A stretch of DNA of 64,000 nt. Origin: Mobula hypostoma. Taxonomy: Eukaryota. The stretch's first letter is position 1. Each line of letters opens with the position of its first letter. The notes under the pieces are model-generated. The model had not been told where the DNA came from, did no database searches, and saw nothing but the letters and a program-made list of their open reading frames with translations. Position numbers and translations under genes: made by a program. Shown piece after piece: positions 11,150 through 22,722 of the stretch. The DNA is taken from positions 81,532,001-81,596,000 of the forward strand of contig NC_086108.1 of NCBI RefSeq assembly GCF_963921235.1. Direction: 5' to 3'.

Positions 11150-12364
11150 AAAATTAAGTACTCTTCCTGAAGTTTTGATTACCAAAAATTCCTAGCATGT
11201 GTTCCTATCCATCATTTTCACCTCTAAAACAAATTGAGACATTTTACTCCTTTAGCAAAGCACACCATTGTTGTAAACTATCACCTCTTTCAGATTATCA
11301 TTCTGTTTTATAAATGTATGCTAATAAAGAGAAAGACTTTCAGCTGAAATATAATGAGTTTCTTAGTTTTGAAAGGCAATGTCTAAATACAGCCAAGGTC
11401 AATTCAAAATGGACTTATCTTCCTATTGTATCCTCTGTTTCAAATTGTTGTACTTTATCATTATGCATCACCTTAAACATGAAATATTGTATGCCAAGTT
11501 ATTTCAGAAAGCCAATCACATACAATCACTCGACAATGGGATGATACACACTTGCTGGGAAATGCCAATGCTAATGTGCTGAACTGTTGGCATTCACCTC
11601 TTCACCTCCCTCCCAACCCCTGGAAGATCAGTGAGGTCGGGACACCTGCATGTACAGCAAGTCCTACACTTGTTGGCTGACCTCAGCCAGCAACTTCCCA
11701 AATATCCTGCAACCTTGTCCTCCTGGTAGCATCCAGTGGATGAAGATAAACTTTGCGAATTTATTAGCATTTGCACAGAGGAATCTATTTGCCAAACCTG
11801 CAGCAGTGGTGTGGCTCGAAAGTAAGCTCAGTTGTTTTAATGCTGAGGAACAGCCACAAGGGTAATTTACATTTATTTAATTGCTTAAATTTCCTTTGTT
11901 GACAAGTGGTTAGGTGATTTATTTTCCTTAATTTTTTATTATTCTTAATTTCTTATTTTTTTATTTATCTTAAGAAGTTTTAAATGTTTTGACTATCACC
12001 TAAATCAAGAAGTATTCAGCTGGCTCTGCAAGCTGCCAAAGTGTTTCTCGGGCGTTTCCGGACAGGGTCTGCCTGTATTATGCCGTAACGTCACAAAGAA
12101 CTCTGGCACTACCTGAGCCTTTCGGATTGGATCGGTCAATGTCTTACTAACGATACTGGGAAACTACACGGGAAATCCCTTGTTTCTTCCAGGGGTAGGT
12201 GGGGGAAGTTCACACTTGCAGCAAGTTCTGGCTCTGCAATAACAATAAACAGATTTTTCAGCATTAATACATTTCAAGGTATTCCACAAGTTGGGCAACA
12301 AATAAAGAAGTTTTATTTTTAAACCTCTGATCTAAATTCAGGGAGTTTCTCCGGTGCACCAAAG

Positions 12365-12636
12365 GCACAGGACCACAGCGATTAGCGCAATGCTGTTACA
12401 GCTCAGAAAGTCCTTGAAATCTGCAGTTCATTCCCAGTGCCGTTCTGTAAGGAATCTCTGTACGTGTGGGTTTTCTCCAGGTCCTCAGGTTTCCTCTCAC
12501 AGACCAAAGACATAATGGGCAGAATAACTGATCATTGTAAATCTTCCCATGATTAGCTGAGGGTGACCAGGTTTGGCGGGGGTTGCTGGGGCTGTGTGGC
12601 TCGAAGGGCCAATTTCCAGCGGTATCACTAAATAAA
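12365..12636 (+). mobile_element. tRNA-derived SINE with CR1-like tail
   Basis: Same central domain as the SINE at 9600-9859; ends GAAGGGCC...TAAATAAA. Confidence 0.7.
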
Positions 12637-13374
12637 GAAAATTCCTTATTATTCTGAACTAAAACGTGTTTTAAGCATCACTATAGCAGATACCAATCCA
12701 TCAGAAGATATTTCAACAACATGCATGAAACTGCTGGATATAACTCAGCTTTCCTTGACTTTACATGCCTTGAGACATGGAGCAATGTCCTTTAGACAAT
12801 GGGATGAAAATTCAGCTGTTTATTTCTCTTAGAATTTCAATATCAGCAACAGAATTTTAACCCTGTACAGTTGAGCTAAACTCAAATTCAGTAACCAAAA
12901 ATTTCTGTAAAGCCATCAGTTCTGTATTGTTAGTATTAGTGCTTCTTAAATGTGAAAGACAATATTGTCTCTTCATTTCAATATAGCTCCCATTCTCCCA
13001 CTTCGTTTGAATACAGTTCTGCCATTTACCATTGACAGAACGGCCAAATACCAAGAACTTCAATAGAGACAAACTCTCCTATGCCAAAGTGCCAGAAAAT
13101 TAACAGTTCAGCTACAAAACAACTGAAATTATGCAACCCTTTCTGAAACCTTCCTGTATCCACCCACAACTTCTCTATTACATCGTTCTGTGAAAGAAGC
13201 TGGAATGAAATGAATATTCACTTGAATACGCCATTCAGAAGTCCAACAATTGGTTGAATCTACATCGGAAGGAATGATTATTGCTCAATTGAAGCAGAAC
13301 AGTACAAGAAAGATACACCCATCATATTCACATAAAATTGTAAAACTGTATTTTTTGTTCAAGTAGTTCCCCTT

Positions 13375-14235
13375 AATATCAAAGAATGTGTACAATATGC
13401 ATCCTAAGATTCTTGTTCTTCACAGACGTCCATGAAAACAGAAGAGTACTTCAAAGAATAAGTGACAATAAAAAAGTTAGAACCGGAAATCCTCCTCATC
13501 CCCCTCCTCCCCCTCCAACGCACAAGCACCAGCAAAGCATCAGCCCCTGCCCTCCCTCTCCCCACTTATTCCAGCAATAAGCATCAGCACCCACCACTCA
13601 CCAAGCAAAACCCCAAGGAAAGACCATGATCTGCAGTACAACAAAAACTAATCATTCACCCTAGCGATACTACATGCCACAGGCTCTCTCTCTCCCTAAT
13701 AAAGGGGCAGAAAGGTGTCTCACTGTGAGAGGGGAGACTAACAAAACAAAAAAAAAACAACTCACTGATTGCGCTGTTATAGCCTGTCACGTCACTTTTT
13801 TCCCCCCAAATTCTCCAACTCAAGAATCGGTAGCAAACTCTTCCCCCATCAGCGAGAGAGAGAGAAAGAGCGATCCAGGTACAGAGGCTTCCGACTGCTG
13901 ATCCTGCCATCTGCGACGTCCTGTTTTCTCTGAGACATTTCATTAGGTGACACTGGCTTGGAATTGGCTCGTCCACAGGGCCGCAGAGCTTCTAAACCCC
14001 AAAGACAGGCACGTCCTCTAGGCTGCATCCTTGGGAAACTGAAAAACAGCCAGTCGGTGAGATGGGAGCAGGAGCCATTATAGAAAAGAACCACAGTTTG
14101 AGTACATCTGTAGATCAAGGACTCTGACAGGACTCCATCCACCTTGAAATGTGAAAAAGGGACATTAGAGGAAGAAATTAAACTGCTTTCGCAGATAAGC
14201 TCAGAGAAGCTTCCCTCTGGCACCTTCTTAACTCC
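13375..14235 (-). mobile_element. Non-coding non-autonomous LINE-dependent element
   Basis: Minus-strand start GGAGTTAAGAAGGTGCC (AAGATGGCG-like) and a 3' end similar to other dispersed repeats in the window. No credible ORF. Confidence 0.5.
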
Positions 14236-16409
14236 ACTTAACTGACCACCTTAACCTGGTAAAGTTCAAAGAGTTTCACAGGTCTCTTCAGAATGCCAAG
14301 AATACTATTTGGAATGAGATCTAATGAACGTCATCCGGTTTCTATAAAAATTATTGCATGGCTACATAGTAACCTATGTTTTAATATTTTGGACTTTACT
14401 TGTGAGACAGCCTTATCGTCTTACTTCAGTACCACATGACAAGTTAGGATACAGCAACATAATGGTAAAGTTACTGGATCAGGAATCAGAGACCTGAAGC
14501 ACTAATGCAGGGACCTAAGCTTGAACTGCTCCCTGGTAGCTGAAGAACTTCTATTCAGATGATTGTACTTTCTCCTTGCTCCCATCCTCTCTCGACATTC
14601 AACCTCACAAACAAAATTAGTTTAATTAGCTAAATAGGAATGATGTCATTTCATAGAATCTTTTTATATAAATTTCATCATTTTCCCACAATTCTTAACA
14701 AAGAATGACTGTGTGTCATGGCAACCCAGGGTTAAAAACAAATAAGCATAAGATTATGAGAAAATAGTCCATAACATTACAAATTGCTATTGTTAGAGCA
14801 GTTAAAAGATCATCCATCTGAAATGCTAGTTCTATTTCTTTCTTCGTAGGTGCTGCGTAACTTGCACAGGATTCCCAAAATTAATTTTATTACACATTCC
14901 AGCACTGTGGCATTTGTTTTTTTTTTTGCTTAGAGGGGATCCTTCAACATAACATTTGTCCAGAAGTTGAAACTTGAAGGACTTAATTATCCTGATCTAT
15001 CTATTCTGTACATTATAATTACTTGACGTGATTTAAATCAAGATGAATCAAGTAACATTGCCACAGCATGATAGCTTCAAACCAAGATCTGACATATACT
15101 GTGAAGCTTAACAAACCATGCTTTCATTTAACGTTTCAAGTCTTCGTCTACTATGTCATCTCAGAGCTGCGATGATATATAGCATTTTTCACAAACATTT
15201 CTCATTGGAAATTGAATGAAATTTTGTTAAAAAACAAGTGACCATCTTTCAGAATGACATGTCATTTCTGTAATCCATGAGTATTTCCTCTTATGGGTAT
15301 TATGGGCCGAAATAAAAAGACTCAAGAAACATTTGGAAAAGGTCATCTTCAAAACCACAGTCCTCAAGATATTCTTCCTCAGTGTCATATGTGTGGTCTT
15401 CAGTGGCCATCTCTTACCCTTTACAGCTCTATCCTTTCATCTTCTTTCAGCGACTGAAATACCAACACCCACAATACCTTAATTGTGATATTGTGGACAA
15501 GAATTTTGGCTCTCTCTTCCATTTCTAACCAAGTCATGTCTATGCATAAAATGAGCATTTCTTTCAAATGTGTGAAGTCCTTTTACGACACCATCTCAAA
15601 TTTTTACTACACCGTCTGCAGATTTTGCCCCTGAAGTTTAGTATTGAAGCCAATGTGGCAAATCACCTTAGAGTTGTCCAACCTAGTATTTGCTCTGATT
15701 TTGTTTTGGTGATCTACTCCTCCAGTCTAATAACTCACTGTTACATGCTCCATGTACTTGAAAACAAGACATTTAGTTGGGCTGGGCTCTGTTGTATTGG
15801 CATCCTTGCGCTATTTGTCCATAGGTAGAGAACTTCAAGATCCAAGATTATTTATTGTCATCCTTTAGTACCTGAGTCTAAAGGAGGATGAAACGATTGT
15901 TACTCCTGATCTGATGCAGCATATAAAAATGCAATAAGCATGAAGAACACAATAAAAACAAAAGAAAAACACAATAAATATATATGAAGGCAATCCTATA
16001 AAACACACTGTTTGAGTGTGGCCATATATACATAAGATAACTTATACTATATACATAGACTGAACGGGCTGACTGTATGTACATGAAGTGACACTCGGTG
16101 CAGGAGTATCTGCACATAAGGTGACTTTGACACTAAATGATTGAGTGACAAAGTGACTCTTGAAAAGAGGAATTCTTCACTGTTCTTGGCCATGAACACG
16201 TCTTCTGCCTGCCTGCATGTCCTTGTGCTGTGAAACTGACACAAGAGCTACACTGGGATGTTGCTCAGCACTGCACCCTAGCTGGCATGGAGGCTGGGAC
16301 ATTGTTGCTGTCCAGCTGTACCTGCACCATGAGCTGATGGACCACTTCTTATGGGAAGCAACTGCCTCCCCATTCCCTTTGTCTGCACAGCTGTCCCTGT
16401 GGTTTGGTA

Positions 16410-17140
16410 ACATAGAACTGTTTACTAGCTACAGCACAGTACCAGCTCTATAGCCATGATGTTTTGCCAAACTTTTAACTTGCTCCACGATCAATCTAAC
16501 CTTTCCCTCCCACGCTGCATTTTGCTTTCATCCATGTGTCTATCTAACAGTCTCTTAAATGTTCCTAATATATCATCCTCTAACACCACCCCAACTGTGC
16601 ATTCCAGGCAATTACCACACTCTTGTGTAAAAACCCTACCTCTGACATCTCCTCGAAACTTTCCTCCATTCACCTTAAAAAGATGTCCTCTAGTATTAGC
16701 CATTGCCATCCCAGCAAGAAGGTGCAGACTATAATCTCATCCTAATTCGCTCAACCTTTCCTCATAAGACATGTTTTCTAATCCAGGCAATATTCTGGTA
16801 AATCCTCTCTAAAGCTTCCACATCCTTCCTCTGATGAATCGACCAGAACTGAACAAAACACTCCAAGTCTGGTTTAACCAGAGTTTCATATAGCTGCAAC
16901 ATAACTTCATGGCTCTTTAATTCAATCACCCAACTAATGAAGGTCAATGCACAATATGCCTTCTTAACCACCCTATCAACTTGCACAGCAAGTTTAAATG
17001 ACCTAAGGACTTGGATCCCAAAATCCGTCTGTTCCTCCACACTGCCAAGAATCCCACCATTAACCTTTTACTCTGCCTTCAGCTTTGAGCTTCTAAAGTG
17101 CATCACTTCACACTTTTCCTGATTGATTTCCACCTGTCAC
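16410..17140 (-). mobile_element. CR1 LINE 3' fragment
   Basis: QVDRVVKKAY...MLQLYETLVKPDLECFVQFWS and TRGHLFKVNGGKFRGDVRGRVFTQ. Confidence 0.9.
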
Positions 17141-19147
17141 TCAGCCTGGTGGATATATAGCAAGATGAAAAGTGATCTGCAGAGAGACCAGGTGTGGCCA
17201 GCCCCCTGCACTGCTCCACACTCATAGACCTGGCCAGGGTGCAGACCTGAGCCTCACATCTCAGCACCAAACTTCAGCTCTGCACACCCCAGCCCGCCCA
17301 ATCTCAGCCCTCACAAATAATCTCTCGGCCATGAGCCATTGCTGCAGGAAGACCAGCAGAGGGAAGGAAGCAATGCCAGTTGCTAAGCCCAACTCTGGGC
17401 AGGACAGGAGTTCTGTCCTGACACCCAACACAACGGTGGGGAGAAAAGAAGAGAGAGCACCAGGTACACAGCACAGAAGCAAGGAGTGAAGGGGAGGTCT
17501 GCAGCCCAACAACAGGGGCGAGCACTGTGTACTCTGTGTGTCAACGGGAAGAATAGCGGGTCATACCTGCTACCTGGCAGGACAATGCAGCACATCATAA
17601 ACAAAGCTGTAATTACCTCTTTAATTATTCCATTAGAATTCTAGTTTCTGGGAACACATCATGAGTGTTAAGCAAGGTAGTATTCAATTGCAAGGTTCCC
17701 AAAACAGAGCTGTCGGGCTTGACTGAGCATTGCCACACTTTGTCAATGTCAGCTCAGCTCTTCTATTGACCCTTTGCAAGATTTTCCACTTGTAGGCATT
17801 TAGCTCTGTAACTGCAGCCTCAATACGGAGCGCGCGAAGCTTCAAGCACAGACTTAAAGCAGTACTCTTCTAGACAGTGCTTCAAGAATGGATGGTGCAG
17901 TCATAGGAGGAGGGAAAGAGGGTCTCCTGCGTGTCAGAAGTACCTGGACAAGTCAGTGAAGAACAATACCCACACAAGAGAGCTACAGAGTTATGGCCAG
18001 GTGCTCCCAGTGGAGTTTTAGACAAAATGCCTGCACCTTGTGTAAGTGCAATGCAAAGAACCCTAGTACTTACCCTGCCTTCTCCCAAGGGATGAAGATA
18101 AAATAAGTGGGGTCTGCTCCCCATCAATGTGGAGTGTAGGTGACTACCTTAGTACAGTAATGAGCAGCAGACTCTGAAATGTCTCAAAGATTATTAGTCA
18201 GCTTCGAGGGACTATGAACCTGACTTCCAGAGACAGATGTAACCCTGTATTTGAGGTTGTACATGTTCCAGCTAACACTGAGGACAGAGAATGTAGGTGG
18301 ACTGTCAGTCTTCTAAACTGTGGGGTTTCAGGAGAAACAGTTGGTGAATACTGAGAATTCTGTGAGCAGAGAACTACAGTACATTACTATGATTCCTCAA
18401 ACTGCAGTCTCTCAGACCAGTACAGTTGAAAATCACCCTTGTTGTTAATTTTGTACATTGCGCTGTCAATGACATCATTTGGACATGTACAGCAGAAAAA
18501 GTTTGAGTGCAATCTGGAACGCTGCCCAAAAGTCTGGAGTTGAATTTCCCACTACACACTAAGCAACCCAGAAATGGGTGCAATGTGGCTTAACTCTATT
18601 CAATTATATTCAATGAAAGCCTACATTCAATTATGCAGCACTGCTTTTCTAGATTTGTGTGAGAGAATTTCTCAGCCTCCTTCTCCAGTGTTCCTTCTCC
18701 CACAGTATTAAAATGCAAAACTCTATTTTTCATCATTTATTTTCTCTTCCAGATCTAGGATAGTAACACCCAACATCGTCAAGATAGTACAATAATTTTT
18801 TTCACTTTCTCCCTTACTCCTTTAAATCTTTCTCATACGCTGTGTGATTGGCTTCTCCAATAAGAAAATAAAAGGTTTTCAATCTTTTGTCTCCAATGTG
18901 CAAACGTTTAATGGGGGTGAGCCAAACACTGTGAATTTATTTTTTTCTGTTTTGGGCAGAAAAATCTGCATTTATGGATTACTTGAGTGTAGACATCTAC
19001 ATTACTTTTTAAAGAATAACTGTTTGTTCATACTTAAGAAGTAATTTATTACCGCAAGTTAAATTTGAGATTCATCAGTTATATTGGATTGAACAATTCC
19101 TGACATAAGCAAGTTTTTCAGTAAATGAAAGCTGGCTCTAATATCAA

Positions 19148-19435
19148 TGTCAGCTGTGGCTGAGTTGATTGCATGCCTTCCTGTGAGTCAGATGCCCATA
19201 GTTTCCACTCCAGTACCAAAATGTAGATTAATATTTTAGTATAATACTCTACTTTCAAAGAGGTACCTTTGCTAAACTGATGCTCTGTCTACTTTTCTCA
19301 GGCAAACGTAAAACAATAATGTCTACTTCCAGCAGATTATTGAGGCTAATGGCAAATATTTGTTCCACCATCAGTTTATGTTTTATTTGTGAAGTTTGCT
19401 GAGTATAAGTTGCTGATATGTTCCCGTGTTACATG
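19148..19435 (+). mobile_element. Ancient SacSINE1/DeuSINE-like copy, strongly decayed
   Basis: Collinear with the copy at 40480-40870 (GTGAGTCAGA...CACTCCAG...AAACTGATGCTCTGTCT...CAGGCAAACGTAAAA). Confidence 0.55.
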
Positions 19436-20185
19436 TTCAGTACCTGGGGATAACCTGTTAGAAATCACTATTATTTAAAAATAACTTTTATAAGATTTGT
19501 ATTTTTAACAAACTCAAGTATTTTTCACACTCACTGGCAGAAAGCAGTACTGTATAGCAGCTAAACTAACGGTTTATCGCCTTTCTCATTTTTTTATTGG
19601 CTTGGTATTAGCACGTTACCCACGTGATATAATTATTTTAATTATGTAGCCTATTAACTGATTCAATCCTATCTAAGAAATTTCCCTTAACTTATCCATA
19701 AAAGTGATAGATTTTTCAGAAGCACCATCATTTTTTTTTGTCTTAGTATTACTTCCCCTCTTGGCATTGTTTCTTAGCTCTTTATTTAGTTTGCTTAGTG
19801 TTTGTATGTTTGTTAGTACTCTAAAATCAACTAAAATCTTGGAATTAACAGTGCTTGCCATTTTTGACTCCTGTAAGAACTGTCAGGATAAGAAAATAAA
19901 CAGGGATCCAAGAATTTGGTGCCCAATGTGGGGCCAGAAAAAGTATCTCTTTCTTTAATAGTAATCAACACAATAATTTTACTATGACCTGATTTTTTTA
20001 TGGTCAGCAATAGATGAATGGCACTCCTTTTCTGTTCTACTTAGACCTGCTGTCAGCTTTCATTCTTTTTGCAGTTATTTAAGGTGTTTTAGAAATTCAT
20101 TTCACAATATAGCCAGGAGTTATGTGAATAATGAAAAAGCACTAGAATATCTTCATTCAAAGACTGAAGAGCTCCTTACTTAGAG

Positions 20186-22119
20186 TGTTGTGTTTGGCCT
20201 TAATAAAGACAAACAGTGGAGGTAAAACTAGCACATTTTTATTTACAGGACACTCCAGGAATGATGGCTTCAGCTCGACCTAAGCGCATGCACCCAACTC
20301 CCCCAACGTCACTTCCAGTTCTGGGTGAACTGTCCACATCGCACATTGGGAACTGAAATTCTTTATTATGTATATACATAATAACACATCTTCCCCCTTT
20401 AAAGTTAAAAAAAAGCTATGTCCACGTAAATCTGCAGGGAACAATAATGCTTTCCAACAAAGATATTTACATTAACTTCAATTGTAATGAGCAAATACAG
20501 TTCCTTATTCACTCAGCAACTCTCGGACTCTGAGGTGGTTTGATGATCTTCTTTGGTCTACTATTGTGCTTGAGTTTGTGTTGTCTCGCAGCTCTACACA
20601 TATCCATAGCCTTTTCCAGCGTTAAATCTTTTTCACAGAGCAATCTTTCTCTGAGCCCATTATTTGAAGTCCTGCAACCTATTTTGTCTCTTCTAGTGAG
20701 ACTCTCAAATCTCCAATCTCACAGGACTTGCTCAGTGTGTGAAGCTCAGCTAAGTATTGGTAAAGCTAACACCTTGTTCCTGGTCACAGGAAAACAACTT
20801 ATATCTTTCAAACATGATGTGTTTACTTGCAACAAAATAACCTTAATTTTTTAAAATCAGAATGTCCAGTGTAAAAACAGTCTCATCAATTTGAAAGCTG
20901 TTGTAGATGTGCAAAGCAACTTCACCAATTATGTTTACAATGATAGATGCCTTCAATTTTCTATTTCCCCTCTGGCTCTACTCATTGCTAAATATATATT
21001 GGAGGCGGGAGGAGAATGTAGGAGGCTGGAGGAGAAGACAGCGGCGCAACGCAGCGCACGCAGCTCTCCGGTGAAATGATATCGTATTTGTAAGTGGGAT
21101 GCCGTGCACAATTCTGTTTTGATGGAGACAGACATGAGAAGGCACAGAGGAACATCTGGAGAAATTTCTGAAATGCCCGGCTCGCTGCCGCTGCTACTGT
21201 GCGATCAAGAATCTCCGGAAGGAAGGCCGCAAAATCTCCGGTTTTGCCTGCTGCTGGCAACCGAGGCTGGGGTTGAAGCGTTTGGCAGAGATGGTGCTCG
21301 GTACTCAGTGTCAGAGGGCTGATCAGAGCTCCAAGTTTTCAGATGTCTCAGAGTCGGACTGTGGTCGGGCATGGCAGGGAAGTTTCTCGTCCTTCTCCCG
21401 TCTGCGTGAGATGCGGGACTTTCGAGAGACTTTGAACTTTTTTACTATGCCATGGCCTGTTCTTCATCAAGTTATGGTATTGTTGCAGTGTTGTAACTAT
21501 ATGTTATAATCATGTGGGTTTTGTTAGTTTTTCAGTCTTGGTCTGTCCTGTGTTTCTGTGATATCACACCGGAGTAATATTGTATCATTTCTTAATGCAT
21601 GCATTACTCAATGACAATAAAAGAGGATTGCGTGTCCTCATAGTCTAATCTATTCTAATCTGATCTAATTAAATTGTCGTTTGAAGTGTTTCCAGTTATC
21701 AGCTGGATTTCCAGTCAACTGCATCAGTGTGGGAGAATTTAACTCATCCATTATGGAACTTCTCAGGCTCTCGCACCAAGAGACTTGGATGAACAATGGC
21801 AGCTGCAGGACACAACCTGCGCTCTGGCTAGCAGTTTCTCTCCATCGCTTTCTTAATCACTCGTGGTACATTTACTCTCCATGCTTAGTCCTTATGGCAA
21901 CTTCTGATGTTATGTTTGTTCTTAATAAAAGACAAACTTAGCGAGAGTAAAACTAACACATTATTTATTTACAGCAATGGCTCTAGCTTCACATGACCGC
22001 GTGCGGACTGCTCATGGCTTCAGCTCGACCTGAGCGCATGCAACCAGCTCACCGAACGTCACTCCCGTATTGCAGACTAGGAGCTGAAGTTCCATATTAT
22101 GTACACACATAATAACACA
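20186..22119 (-). mobile_element. Internally deleted Gypsy (Mag-like) LTR element with partial gag only
   Basis: LTRs at 20186-20388 and 21908-22119; TSD TAGAG/TAGAC; PPT AAAGGGGGAAGA; partial PBS TCAGAAGT. Gag from ATG 21751 (MDELNSPTLMQLTGNPADNWKHFKRQF...GLRERLLCEKDLTLEKAMDMCRAA), then an integrase-tail-like SRPKKIIKPPQ. Confidence 0.85.
21000..21668 (+). mobile_element. ~650-bp non-autonomous retroelement inserted in the Gypsy gag
   Basis: Homologous over its length to 43806-44462 (opposite strand). Ends CAATAAAAGAGGA...(TCTAA)n. Splits the gag codons QF|NIYLA. Confidence 0.8.
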
Positions 22120-22722
22120 TAGACCAGCAGAGCTTAAATCAAGATGAACTAAAATATTTAATATGATGCAAAATAAGACTTATGAAATAAAACAACGTTC
22201 AGGAAACAAAGCAAAAAGATAGAATGTAGAACATTGAAGAGTCTAGCACAGAAAGAGTTCCTTATATTATATTTCTTCTATTTAAATGTTCCGTGGGTTA
22301 ACAGTAAAGGATCATATTCTGGAAGAACTGGAGAACTTTTATTTACAATAATAAACAAATGTGTCTCAACCCCGCCATGTGCTGAAACATTCTGGCAAAC
22401 CCCGCACATGCTCAGTGCTGTCCAATCAGATACTGGCACGTCTTTGCACGTGATATCACCACACCTTCCCTTCCTTAAAAAGAAAAAATAAATAACAACA
22501 TTAATCAAAGCAAAGACATAATTCAACAAGTCTCAATCAGTCTCTCAGTGGGTTTACGAACATGAGTAGACCTTCTAAGTGGTACACACAGGTCTTGCGT
22601 TTCCTTGTTATTATTTACATGTTTTGTCCCGTCTGCACCAGTTAACTGAATCTCTGAAGAATCACATCTTCTTTTCCTTAAAAAGAAAAACAAATAACAA
22701 CATTAACCAATAAACAAATCAG

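Noticed and set aside
12112..12233. Minus-strand acceptor/donor pair as a coding exon
   Set aside because: All three frames contain stops.
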